This document shows, one piece after another, positions 1 to 11,292 of a DNA stretch of 20,005 nt. How positions within the stretch are numbered: position 1 is the stretch's first letter; the number at the start of each line of letters is the position of its first letter. The stretch spans positions 1-20,005 of the forward strand of contig NW_021824081.1 of NCBI RefSeq assembly GCF_006345805.1, given 5' to 3'. The notes under the pieces are model-generated. The model worked only from the letters and a program-made list of their open reading frames with translations. It did not search any database and was not told the DNA's origin. The DNA is from Octopus sinensis (Eukaryota). The translations under genes were made by a program, and so were the position numbers.

Positions 1-896
1 GACTTTGTGTCATAACTTACGAAAGTAATCAGTGAGAGTGGGAATGTATTCAATCTTAGCCCAATAAATGTTATAATTACTAATTTTATTGTCCTTTAAA
101 TAACAGTGGTTTGTGTTGTGCTGTTGAAATACTTTTTTACTCTGTGTCCTTATATATACACATTTCGTAAGAATCTGTTTTTAAATGAAATTTCAATGTC
201 TATTAGCTTGTTTTACTATTATTAGTAAACAGATCTTATGTGAACTAATACCGTGTATTCTCAGCTATAAAACAGACACGGAAAAAAGACCCCAACCTGT
301 GAAGCACTTAATCTTGGAGAGGAGCATATATTCTATAATAGTCCAATCAACTTTCTAATTACTAACCACACTATCCTTTAAACACCAGATATATTTGGAC
401 AGGGATGTGGAGTGATTTCTTTCTGGGTTCCTGAATGAACACGCATATTTTCACAATCATATTTTAAAAAGGGATTTCAATATTTCAGTAAGATCTACAT
501 AGCTTTATTTCCGGTATTCACAAGAAAGAACTTAACTAGATAAAATAATAACTTACTTTCTCAAAAATAAAGCTAACATGGGCAGAATTTGAAATTAAAA
601 TAGAAAGGGACCCATCAAAATCTCACCAACTATCATCTATTACCGATTCTGTCAATTTACATGATTTGTATGATTATTTCGTTATTGCTTTTTTATTCAT
701 CTGTCTAGTTATAATGAAAAGAATGAAAATATAATAAACTTAGCAATACTGTCTACTTTCAATATTTACTCAATATTCAATATTAGAAAGTTTGTTTGCA
801 TTGATTGCTACCAATATACTTGTTTGAATTTAAAAACGAATCGTCTACAGAAACCATTACATTCTTTCAAAATTTCTGACAGGTTTAAAGCTTTAA

Positions 897-1012
897 TGTG
901 TGTGTGTGTCTGTGTGTATGTGTGTGTACGGGTGTGTATATATATGTGTATATGTATGTATGTTTCTATATATTTGCTTCTATGTTTGTCTGTGTGTATC
1001 TATATATGTATG
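897..1012. repeat. (TG)n/(TA)n compound microsatellite
   Basis: Direct reading of tgtgtg/tatata runs. Confidence 0.9.
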
Positions 1013-1020
1013 TAAGCATC

Positions 1021-1260
1021 TTTTATCTTTCACGTGTTTCAGTCATTGAACTGTGGTCATGCTGGGGCATCACCTTGAAGGGTTTAGCCGAACAATTCGG
1101 CACCAGTTCCTTTCTTTTTTGGGGTTTTTTAGAGCTGGCACTTAAACTATTTGTTTCTTGCACCCAACTGCTTTGTTACGGACACATAAACAAACCAGCA
1201 CCGGTTGTCACGTGATGTGGAGCAAACTCAATCACAAAACAAACACATCCACACACACAC
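1021..1260 (-). mobile_element. Degenerate 3' half of tRNA-derived SINE family A
   Basis: tgtttcagtcattgaactgtggtcatgctggggcatcacc...caaaccagcaccggttgtca aligns by eye with 12370-12550 and 15150-15330, and ends in the (CA)n tract. No 5' head is visible. Confidence 0.75.
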
Positions 1261-1289
1261 ACTAACACGCACATAATATGTGACAATTA

Positions 1290-1347
1290 TTCGGTAGCCA
1301 AGATAAAACTCTGAGTTTCGGATGCCGAGGTGGAAATCTTTACCCTT
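1290..1347 (-). mobile_element. Possible PLE terminal remnant with the 3' half of a hammerhead
   Basis: Minus strand reads cggcatccGAAA-CTCAGAG-TT, the same GAAACTCAGAGT as the hammerhead at 14755-14766. The CUGAUGA half is missing. Confidence 0.4.
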
Positions 1348-1689
1348 TGTATATATACATGTGTGTGTGAGTGTGTGTATACTAAAATACGAGTATAGAG
1401 ACAAATATATGTATATAGATAAAATAAACCACACAGATAATTATATTGATATCATCATGCAAATGCACTCACTTGTCTATGCGTGTGTGTGTGCGTAAAT
1501 ATAAATATATAATGTGTGTGTTTGTGTGTAAATCTCAGTGTGTCGATATGTGCTTGTAATACCTCGGCGCATTTGTGTTTACGCTTGCAAATATGACATG
1601 CATTTGTGACTTTGTATCAAAATATGTATATATGTGGCATATACCTACACATATGTCAATATATATACATACACACACACGCACCCACA

Positions 1690-1716
1690 CATATATGTAT
1701 ATATATATATAAATGT

Positions 1717-1759
<43 letters not shown>

Positions 1760-1801
1760 GTATATATATATAATGAATATATATATGTATATATATATGT
1801 G

Positions 1802-1834
<33 letters not shown>

Positions 1835-1876
1835 GTATATATATATAATGTATATTATATATATATATATGTATAT

Positions 1877-1927
<51 letters not shown>

Positions 1928-1928
1928 G

Positions 1929-1979
<51 letters not shown>
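1690..1979. repeat. Long (TA)n array with TG interruptions
   Basis: Direct reading; source of the YIYI ORFs. Confidence 0.95.
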
Positions 1980-1981
<2 letters not shown>

Positions 1982-2220
1982 AAGTTTCCATTACAATGGT
2001 ATTCCAAGACATGGTGAAAGAAAACACAACGACGTCAAACTCATCGAATCCATAATGCAATATTCTTCTCCAGTGAAATGTCTGCTGGAATCGATTCCAT
2101 AAAAGACTACCATCTTTCTGAAGACTAGCGTTACAAATGTCTTTGTTGCGAGACAGGATGGGGGCGACGTTAGTGTTTGAAATGAGTGGGTAGGAGACGC
2201 CGAAAGACAGTTCTGATGGG

Positions 2221-2282
2221 TATATGCATATACATACATATATACATATTTATACAAATATATACATAATATACACATTTAT

Positions 2283-2318
<36 letters not shown>

Positions 2319-2385
2319 AATACAAATACATATATATGATATATAAATACATATATAGATATATCATATACATATAATATACATA

Positions 2386-2423
<38 letters not shown>

Positions 2424-2568
2424 ATATATATATATATAATTTACATATATATATATTCACATGTATATATACATTTATGTATATATATATTTACGTACAT
2501 ATATGTTTAGATACATATATACATTTATATATGTATATTTGCATACACACACACACACACACACATAT
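2221..2568. repeat. (TA)n/(CA)n compound array
   Basis: Direct reading. Confidence 0.9.
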
Positions 2569-2569
2569 A

Positions 2570-2771
2570 TTGATTCGTTAGCTACTGCACGCATTTTTTT
2601 TCTCTCTCTTTCTTTCTTGTTTCTCTCTCTGTGTATCTTTCTGTTGAAGAGCGTAGGCTCGAAACGTTAAAGACTTGTTTTATTTATATTTCCTGAGCGC
2701 CATACTAATACAATTGTTCGTTTGTTTTCCACCTGCCTTCGTCTTTTGTTTATTTTCATAAAGCTTCCCGT
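2570..2771 (+). mobile_element. PLE-like terminal fragment, family H1 (hammerhead-bearing)
   Basis: Homologous to 5761-5872 (+) and 13038-13206 (-). Flanked by (TA)n and contains the hammerhead-like motif at 2636-2673. Confidence 0.7.
2636..2673 (+). ncRNA. Minimal type I hammerhead-like motif, variant core CUGUUGA
   Basis: tcttt-CTGTTGA-A-GAGC-gtag-GCTC-GAAA-CG-TT-aaaga. Stem I tcttt/aaaga, stem II GAGC/GCTC, palindromic ACGT stem III, GUU triplet. Confidence 0.6.
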
Positions 2772-2920
2772 TATATATATATATATATATATATACAATG
2801 GCGACTGGTAGAAGACGCTGCTGGAAGTCTTCAGATTGGATCTTGCACACAGGTGGGCAAAGGGTGATGGTCGTTTTCCAGTCTTACACTGTGCAGAAAA
2901 TAACGGCAGATTATTTTTTG

Positions 2921-3150
2921 TGACTAAGATGTTGTACTCACGACTGCGAACTCGCGGTTTCGATTCCCTGGTCGGGCGATGATTTAGTTAACTTCAGCAA
3001 AACATCAACAACGTGCACCACCTGTACAGGTAATGTCGATTTGATGAAGGGAGCGAGCCATTGTACATTTGATTGATAAAAACAAAATATCTGTGCATGT
3101 TGTTCAACAAAATGTGGCGAATCTGTCATCCGACGTCTACAATAGGGAAC
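2921..3150 (+). mobile_element. Degenerate tRNA-derived SINE with a head related to 17414
   Basis: actcacgactgcgaactcgcggtttcgattccc matches the head and B-box at 17445-17478 (actcacggtcgtagcatcgcggtttcgattccc). The body differs and the 3' boundary is approximate. Confidence 0.55.
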
Positions 3151-3859
3151 TTCACAAACGTAAAAGGAAAAAGCAGTGTGCATCTTTCTCTTGCGGAGCC
3201 CCTAATTCGTTGAGCGACGAGAGTGGCCTATCATCGCCATCATTCTACATTTATATTTCGATCTCTAGATACATTCGATGAGTTCCAATAGCAGCTTATC
3301 GTCTTTTGTTTTAGTTCTTAGCCCTGTTTCTTTCTTAGGTTAACCTTCAAGAAAACCTCAATCTTTCTGTTATCAAATAATTTCCATTCTGTAATGGAAT
3401 AAAAGTATCAGGGATTTAATACAGAAATAATATTAATGTCAGAACCATGTCTATTAAACTCAGTCTTCCATATTATTTTTTGCCAATTTCCTTATTTTTT
3501 TAAAGCAGGTTTTTTTTTATGTTCCCTATTAATCCCGTTTCTTTTCTGTTTGTTCTACACTTATGGCTTGGATCGCTAGGAATATCTTTTCTTCAAATTC
3601 CAGTATTATTCTACAAAGGCACATGCATATGCAGACACACAAATAGACGTGCATACACACACATATACACACACACACGCACACACGCAAGCATACATGC
3701 GGGCACACATATTTTATGCCACATATTTTATGCAAGACAAAGCCCACGCCAACGCAAGGCTTCAAACACTGCTCAAAAATCCATGTTTGTTTTCTTTGAT
3801 AAATACTTGAATGCCTACGCTTTCAGAAATGTATATTTTCAAACCTACAAACACAAGCA

Positions 3860-4346
3860 CACTACACACCACACACACATAGATACACATGTAAACATAT
3901 ATATATATAAACATGTACATAAATACATATTCATATAATTCTGTGTATATATAAATGTGTATGTATGTGTGTGTGTGTGTACGTATGTGTACATAAATTT
4001 ATATACACGTATATATTTAAGTGTTATATTTAAGTACATATATATCATCACGCACACACATATATATACATATATTCATATATTTATATATACATTTATA
4101 TAAATGCATATATATGTATATACATTTATATATATGTATATATATATATATATACATTCTTATATATGCATATAAATACAGATTCATGCATACGCATATA
4201 TATGCTTACACACATATATATATACATTTGATATACATGAATATACATGAATATTTGTGTGTATATTTATGTATATATATATATATATATACATATATAT
4301 GCATATATATATACATTTATATAAATGCATATATATATGAAATACA

Positions 4347-4386
<40 letters not shown>

Positions 4387-4430
4387 TGCATACGTAACAT
4401 ACGTACATTTATACACTTCTATGTATACAC
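3860..4430. repeat. Degenerate (TA)n/(CA)n/(TG)n field
   Basis: Direct reading. Confidence 0.9.
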
Positions 4431-4844
4431 AAAATGCGCATTTATTTCTTAATTCCTGAATCTGGAGGAAAAAAATAATTCCTTCATTCTCCACCCACCG
4501 CACCCTCAACAGCCGATCCTGTCCCGCCACTATGTCCATCAATATTTCCAGATTTATTCTTCATCAGCAGAAATTCTTTACTTTTTCAATTTTATTTCTA
4601 TATTTCATCTTGCTTATTTATTTACTTATTTATTCTTGGAGAAAGGAAACGGGGAAAGGCAAAACGAAAATATTACAAGGAAATATTGCAAAAAGAAAAT
4701 GGTGAAGTAAAAAAAAAAAATCTGAAATAATACATACTAAATTAAAACAAAAGTAAAATATTAAAATAAAACAATAACGCATTTCTCTGATCTTCAAGAA
4801 TAATAAACGGGATGAAGCCAAAAGATACTACTAATACTACTACA

Positions 4845-4861
4845 ATTAATAATAATAATGA

Positions 4862-4924
<63 letters not shown>

Positions 4925-4925
4925 A
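4845..4925. repeat. (TAA)n-(TGA)n compound trinucleotide repeat
   Basis: Direct reading. Confidence 0.95.
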
Positions 4926-5349
4926 ACTTAAGAAAAAAGCAACAGAAATATATATAAGTTCGGAAAAAATGTGTTTCTGAAATATCCATTCTTCTGTAAT
5001 GAGATCGTCCAAATATAGAATTGAAGATGAAAAGACGATTTGCCTTGCTACATCGACATATGCATTTCTTTAAAAAGGAAGGCGTGTTTGATATATGAAG
5101 GATTTAGGTTTTGTTGACCGTTAGTGAAGCGATGAGAAATCATATCCTTCCAAGCTTCAGTTGGTTTGTTTTCTTTTGTTTTTCTTTATGTATATATATA
5201 TATATTTGTTTTTTTTACGTTTTTCTTGGTTACGGTAAATTAAGTACCATGTAGAGCACGTTGCGAATATAGTTGTGCGTCTAAGAGTTTAGGGATTTGG
5301 GGATCTAATCCACAACGCAACGTTTTGGACTTTGGTCATTTATTTTAGC

Positions 5350-5660
5350 TTTTATCGTTTGCTGCTTTCGAGCATTAGACTGCGGCCATACTGGAGTAGA
5401 GCGTGGAAGAATTTAATCGTACAAATCTGCCGTTGTACTTCTGTTTATTTTCAAATATTTTACTTATACAACCGGTCACTGTTGTTAAAGCACCGCCTTG
5501 GATGCTTGTAGCCGAAGAAATCGAAGCCACGACATATTTTCAAGTATGGTACATATCATACTCCTTCGCAGAACCGCTAAGTTACCGGGACGCAAGCACA
5601 CCAACACTGATTCGCAAGCAGTGATGGGGACAAACACAAAGATACACACACACACACACG
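5350..5660 (-). mobile_element. SINE family A 3' half, degenerate and partly duplicated; its 5' half is at 6226-6351
   Basis: gactgcggccatactggag, gcaccgccttg...gccgaagaaatcga and gaaccgctaagttaccgggacgcaagcacaccaacac...ggggacaaacaca match 12385-12560 and 15165-15332. Confidence 0.75.
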
Positions 5661-5709
5661 CACATCCTCGCGTTGTTGTTTTATTCTTGCTTGTTCTTGT
5701 TTGGATTGA

Positions 5710-5760
<51 letters not shown>

Positions 5761-5764
<4 letters not shown>

Positions 5765-5872
5765 CTCGAAACGTAAAAGACTTTCTCACTTCTTCCCGAG
5801 CGTTAAACTAATACATCCGTTTGTTGTTTACACACCCGTCTTCGTCTTTTGTTGCTTTTGTAAATTCTCACT
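5761..5872 (+). mobile_element. PLE-like fragment family H1, 5'-truncated within the hammerhead
   Basis: taggctcgaaacgtaaaagactt...gtcttcgtcttttgtt matches 2654-2750 and the reverse complement of 13040-13126. Lies between (TA)n tracts. Confidence 0.75.
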
Positions 5873-5875
5873 ACG

Positions 5876-5906
<31 letters not shown>

Positions 5907-5970
5907 ACGTATTTATAAAAAAAGAAGTTTGAAAACGCCACTATATAAGATAAATTTAAATTTTCTTAGA

Positions 5971-6020
5971 AATTTTACATGTTTCGGTTCTTCTTGAAAA
6001 AACGAACCTTATCAAAAATT
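5971..6020 (-). ncRNA. Degenerate minimal type I hammerhead, family H2
   Basis: Minus strand: aattt-TTGATAA-GGTTC-gttttttcaagaa-GAACC-GAAA-CATG-TA-aaatt. All three stems are intact; the core has two transitions from CTGATGA. Confidence 0.55.
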
Positions 6021-6225
6021 TTTTAAAAAGTTAAGTGTTATAAAAAAGTTCATAATTGTTTCTTACTGGCCTGAACAGAATCCACGTGGTGTTTTTTTTG
6101 TGGGGAGTAAGCATAATAGCTGTCTTATGTGTTCGAATAAAATTAAGGAAATGACCAGTGGCTGAAATAGCAGTAGCAGCAGTCTATACATGTATGTATA
6201 TATATATACACATTTGATACATATA

Positions 6226-6351
6226 CCACGTGCTTCTTTCAGTTTCCGTCTACCAAATCTGGTCGAGACACTTACCCAAGGTGTCCCACTATGGAACTGA
6301 CCCCGGAACCAGGTGGTTGGGAAGGAAGCTTCTTACCACACAGCTACGCCT
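6226..6351 (-). mobile_element. SINE family A 5' half (tRNA head), internally deleted
   Basis: cttctttcagtttccgtctaccaaatc...gacacttacccaaggtg...ggaactgaccccggaaccaggtggttgg...cttaccacacagc matches 15438-15585. Confidence 0.85.
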
Positions 6352-6385
6352 CTGTGCGCGCGTGTGTGTGTGTGTATGTGTAATT

Positions 6386-6386
<1 letters not shown>

Positions 6387-6441
<55 letters not shown>
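6387..6441. repeat. (GATA)n tetranucleotide array
   Basis: Direct reading. Confidence 0.95.
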
Positions 6442-6967
6442 TTTGTTGTATGTTGATGTTGTATCTTCCCTAATATTTTTCCTCGTATTTTTATTGAATT
6501 ATTTCAGTCAAGAAAAAAATTTTACTCATGTCGCATTTCAATTCTCAAATATAAATTGTAATTGACGGTTTAATTAAATTTTCAATTCTTGATATATTGT
6601 TCAGGAGGACTTCGGTGTACACGTGGTATGTGTCTGTTTGTACGCACCCACAAACACACACAAACAAACCAACACACACACGTACACGCAAACAAACAAA
6701 CAAACACACACACACACACACACACACGCAAACAAATACACATACACTCATATATATATATGCGTTTGTGTATGTGTGTGTGTGTGTGTGTGTATCTATA
6801 TATATGTGAGTGTGTGTATGTGTGCATATGTATGTGACTATGTGTTTATATGCGCGCATATATCTATGTCTATATTTGTATCTAAACATATCTGAATGTG
6901 GGCCTCTGTAACTAGTAATTTGTGAGTATATGCATGTGTGTCCATATCTATATATGTAATTTGCAAT

Positions 6968-7087
6968 TCATATATATATATATTCATATATATATAATAT
7001 TTATATATATATATATATATAATATATCTATATAATATATACTTTATATATATACATATATATATAACATATAATATATATATTATA

Positions 7088-7121
<34 letters not shown>

Positions 7122-7182
7122 CATATACATATACATATAAATATATATATATACATATATATATATATACATATATATATAC

Positions 7183-7228
<46 letters not shown>

Positions 7229-7255
7229 GCATATATGTGTGTGTATGTATGTATA
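6968..7255. repeat. (TA)n array
   Basis: Direct reading. Confidence 0.95.
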
Positions 7256-7581
7256 CGTAAATGTGTGTATATAAATGCCTAGACATTTCCTCTCTGTCTA
7301 CCTCCTCTCTCTCTCTCTCTCTTTTCCTCTGTCCCCCTCTCCCTCTGTCCCTCTCTTGGTATCAAGTGATTTATGTTGCTAAGTGAAGCGAGCGGAAAAC
7401 GAAATTATATTTATGACTAATACTTACGGGACAATGTTTCGATATGTCCCGTCATGTTTGAATGTCAATTTTACATTAAAAACATTAAACAGAACTCCCG
7501 AAGATAGATTTCGTTCACTAGTTACAAACTTGTTTACCTGTTGGTGATCTTTTCGTTTCTTTTCACTTGAGTATTGTCATT

Positions 7582-7586
7582 ACTAC

Positions 7587-7665
<79 letters not shown>

Positions 7666-7695
7666 GTTATTATTATTATTATTATCATTGTTATC

Positions 7696-7755
<60 letters not shown>
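7582..7755. repeat. (ATT)n array, about 55 units
   Basis: Direct reading; source of the poly-I/L/N ORFs. Confidence 0.95.
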
Positions 7756-8254
7756 GAGTGAGAGAGCAGTGCATGCCATCAAAGTGACACTGGGGTAAAA
7801 TATACGAAGCCCAATATACCCATCATGACTACCCGTCTGATAAAGGTACACCAGGCACATGCATCACAACCATATGTGCGCGACATGGTGATCTCATATC
7901 AAGATAAACAGCACATGACCTTGCAGGTGGTGCCCAGTTACAATTTTCTTCAGGTTGAGTAACCCATCCCGCTCAAAAGGTCTCTGAATAAGGGTTGTTT
8001 AAGGATGTTGAAAGAACCACCTATGTTTCCAGAGGTGAATTATTCAAACCCCAAAGAATCCCTCTCAACACACGGCTATGATGCTCCCCCACTACTTCTG
8101 CTCGTGATCAGAGATGCACATATCGTCAGCCACTAAGGGACATGCTCAACTGGTTAAAGTCAAACAACTGACAAGCAAATCTTTGGTATTGAGCAGAATA
8201 TTTGCTGTAGCCCATCTTTTATACCAAGACAAAACAATGTACATGATAACACTT
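7756..8254 (-). mobile_element. ~500 bp insert within (ATT)n; probable 3' end of a non-LTR retroelement, possibly Dong/R4-like
   Basis: Higher-GC complex block with sharp (ATT)n borders on both sides. The minus strand ends gcactgctctctcactc-(AAT)n. Recalled as a common octopus repeat; the clade is inferred from the target repeat only. Confidence 0.6.
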
Positions 8255-8268
8255 TATTATTATTATTA

Positions 8269-8318
<50 letters not shown>

Positions 8319-8556
8319 AGGCGGCGAGCTGGCAGAAACGTTAGCACGCCGGGCGAAATACGTAGCCGTATTTCGTCTGCCGTTACGTTCTGAGTTCAAA
8401 TTCCGCCGAGGTCGACTTTGCCTTTCATCCTTTCGGGGGTCGATAAATTAAGTACGTACCAGTTACGCACTGGGGTCGATGTAATCGACTTAACTCGTTT
8501 GTTCTGTCCTCGTTTATCCCCTCTGTGTTTAGCCCCTTGTGGGTAATAAAGAAACA
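8319..8556 (+). mobile_element. tRNA-derived SINE family B with a Meta-like central domain
   Basis: A-box-like TGGCAGAAACG, B-box GAGTTCAAATTCC, core gtcgactttgcctttcatcctttcgggggtcgataaattaagtac. Homologous to 17845-18012 and flanked by (ATT)n. Confidence 0.85.
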
Positions 8557-8959
8557 TATTATTATTATTATTATTATTATTTTATTATTATTATTATTAG
8601 ACACAGCAGGAAATGTATCAGGACATGAAATGTAAAAGCCGGACTAGACTACTCTATGCGCAACTCCATTGTCTCCCGAGACAAAAAGGATGCCAACAAC
8701 ATTATTATTATTAGTAGTAGTATTATTGTTGTTGTTGTTGTTGTTGTTTTGTGGGGATTGTGTGGAATAACTGTTGTCGTGTGTAAGCCGAATTCAGTTT
8801 GTCTGCCGAGTGTAGAGTGAAGATCGCCGCACCACCTTCCCTTTGCAGAGAAAGAAGGCAGATCTATTTTGGTTTGTATTTTGTTTGTTGTTGTTGCTTG
8901 TTTTATTCTCGTTTATGTTTATGTTGATTTTTGTTTTGTTTTATAATGGATTTTTTTTT

Positions 8960-9030
8960 GTGTGTGTGTATGTGTGTGTGTGTGTGTGTTGTGTGTGTGT
9001 GTGTGTGTGTGTGTGAGTGTGTGTGTGTGT
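8960..9030. repeat. (TG)n array
   Basis: Direct reading. Confidence 0.95.
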
Positions 9031-9164
9031 TTTATGATTGCAAATTGGTTGGATTATCGACCTCTGATTGTCGAGTAACAAACTTTTGATATATAGAATA
9101 TTTAGAATATAGGCCGCGTGGCAGCATTACATTACACAAGCAAGTACTTTTTTGCTCGAAAGTG

Positions 9165-9231
<67 letters not shown>

Positions 9232-9241
<10 letters not shown>

Positions 9242-9470
9242 AAGAGCAGTTAAAGCCGAAGTCCAACGTGTTGAATGGCCGTTGTTTTTAAAATAAGAAT
9301 AAAATAAAAACAAACGAACTTTTCTCTTTGGTCCGTTTGTTTATATTTTTATTTTATTTTCATTTTCGTACCAAAGAGAAAAGTCCGTTTGTTTTCATTC
9401 TATTTTTATTTTAAAAACAACGCCCATTCAACACGTTGGAGTTCGGCTTTAACTACTCTTTCTCCCTCTC
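9232..9470. repeat. Long inverted repeat / foldback element with 101-bp arms
   Basis: 9232-9332 is the reverse complement of 9370-9470 with 7 mismatches by my count, around a 37-bp spacer. It abuts (TA)n(GA)n. Confidence 0.9.
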
Positions 9471-9577
9471 TTTGTCTTCATGTATATATATATTTTGCCA
9501 CTATCGTCCAAGAGACAGATTAGAAAGCGTGTTTGAATGTGGATGAAGGAGTATGTTTCTTCTTCCTCTCTTACTTT

Positions 9578-9578
<1 letters not shown>

Positions 9579-9651
<73 letters not shown>

Positions 9652-9673
9652 ACAGACAGACAGACAGACAGAC

Positions 9674-9704
<31 letters not shown>

Positions 9705-9720
9705 AGATAGATAGATAGAT
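9579..9720. repeat. (GATA)n/(GACA)n compound array
   Basis: Direct reading. Confidence 0.95.
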
Positions 9721-9950
9721 TGTTTCTTATAGCCACACAGGGCTGCACACAGACAGGACAAAATTACAAGGTAGAGCTTTTCTTTTGGGGGTAAAAGAAG
9801 GGGGTTTAGTTTTCGATCAAAAGGGATCGTAAATGGAAAGAAAGAGGACCAAAAAAAGGGGGGGGGATAAAAAATTTTTAAATAATAAAAGGGGGGAGGA
9901 AAAAAGGGGAAAGAAAAAAATTGGATCAATAGGGATCGTTAGGGATAGGG
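9721..9950 (-). mobile_element. Probable non-LTR retroelement 3' UTR inserted in (GATA)n
   Basis: The minus strand is pyrimidine-rich and ends tttgtcctgtctgtgtgcagccctgtgtggctataagaaaca, similar to the SINE B tail at 8513-8556. GATA repeats lie on both sides. Confidence 0.6.
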
Positions 9951-10010
9951 ATAGATAGATAGATATTATAATTTAGAACAAACAGTAAAAGGTTGTCATT
10001 ATAGTTGATA

Positions 10011-10011
10011 C

Positions 10012-10066
<55 letters not shown>
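10011..10066. repeat. (ATT)n array
   Basis: Direct reading. Confidence 0.95.
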
Positions 10067-10068
<2 letters not shown>

Positions 10069-10649
10069 GGTTATATATAACGAGAGAAATAGAATATGAT
10101 AAAAATTATTTAAACATTGAAAATTCTTATATCACAACAATTGTTTCGGAACTTAAAACATGCAAAAAAACATTTATTCTATTATTTTTCATAATAAATA
10201 AATTACTTACATGTCTGTATTAATATAAACAATCTTTAAATTAATGCAGCTATTAAGTTAACTTATCGGTTTCGAAGAAATTTATGTTAAACAATAATAC
10301 CTCTCGACTTAATGTATTGTATACATATGCAATCCAAACATTTTGCTTCGGTAGAATAAAATTTGTCGAACTATAAAAGTATTGAGTAAATATTTACTTG
10401 CTCTGAGACTCACAATTGAGTTATTTATTCTATGTTGCCAGACATAGCACCTTTGAATTTGTCACCACCTGGAATATACATAACTTGAATAAGGAAATTT
10501 ATCTTAACACAAGTGGTTATATAGAAGAAGTGACTTAACGGTTGAAAAAGACACCTGGGTCTTAAACCGAATTTGCCTTTTTTGTAACTTTTCAAAAGTT
10601 ATTGAAATACTATTGAGGTTTCAACGCTTTTTTGGTTCTTTTAATAGTA

Positions 10650-10687
<38 letters not shown>

Positions 10688-10691
<4 letters not shown>

Positions 10692-11051
10692 GCTGTGTGG
10701 TAAGTAGCTTGCTTACCGACCACATTGTTCCGGGTTCTACTAAAGCCTCGGGCCGATCAAAGCCTTGTGAGTGGATTTGGTAGACGGAAACTGAAAGAAG
10801 CCTGTCATATATATGTATATATATATGTATGCGTGCATGTGTTTGTGTGTCTGTGTTTGTCCCCTTAGCATCGCTTGACAACCGATGCTGGTGTGTTTAT
10901 GTCCCCGTTACTTAGCGGTTCGGCAAAAAGAGTCCGATAGAATAAGTACTGGGCTTACAAGGAATAAGTCCCGGGGTCGAGTTGCGCAATTAAAGGCGGT
11001 GCTCCAGCATGGCCGCAGTCAAATGACTGAATCAGGTAAAAGAGTAAAAGA

Positions 11052-11052
<1 letters not shown>
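10688..11052 (+). mobile_element. SINE family A, near full-length, with a B-box deletion
   Basis: A-box TGGCTGTGTGG; the body is the reverse complement of 12354-12770; tail gtaaaagagtaaaagag; flanked by (TA)n. Confidence 0.92.
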
Positions 11053-11090
<38 letters not shown>

Positions 11091-11094
<4 letters not shown>

Positions 11095-11271
11095 GGGTGA
11101 ATACTTGATAAGTATAAGCACCTGTATATGCCAGCTAGTAGCAGAGGTGAGAGGATATATGTATCAAATGAAATAAACATCAATGTAAGAATAAGTTGTT
11201 TTATAAAGCTTGAAACATGTGTACCGCAACATCCTTTGTGTTCTGTTTTTTATTTCATTTGATACATATAT
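11091..11271. mobile_element. Asymmetric foldback element in (TA)n with a 23-bp perfect inverted repeat
   Basis: atatatgtatcaaatgaaataaa (11155-11177) pairs with 11249-11271. There is an unpaired left extension (11091-11154) and an internal GAAACATGTGTA resembling a hammerhead 3' half. Confidence 0.55.
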
Positions 11272-11292
11272 ATATATATATATATATATATG

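Noticed and set aside
565-660. Very old minus-strand SINE B copy (ggcagaatttgaa...cgattctgtca)
   Set aside because: Only two short matching patches; needs a profile search.
2118-2195. Hammerhead from CTGAAGA...GAAA
   Set aside because: Five extra bases separate the putative stem II from GAAA, and there is no stem III, GUH or stem I closure.
2798-2923. 41-codon ATG ORF (MATGRRRCWK...)
   Set aside because: No homology or promoter evidence, and it is wedged between (TA)n and a SINE.
5265-5345. Degenerate plus-strand SINE A head
   Set aside because: Similarity is too weak to support by eye.
7425-7451. 8-bp hairpin acgggaca/tgtcccgt
   Set aside because: An isolated short stem, compatible with chance.
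8821-8866. Pre-miRNA-like hairpin or splice acceptor (ccttccctttgcag)
   Set aside because: The stem is too short and bulged, and no convincing donor follows.
10442-10538. Possible terminal exon (HSTFEFVTTWNIHNLNKEIYLNTSGYIEEVT*)
   Set aside because: Short, with a weak acceptor and no recognisable homology; expected by chance.
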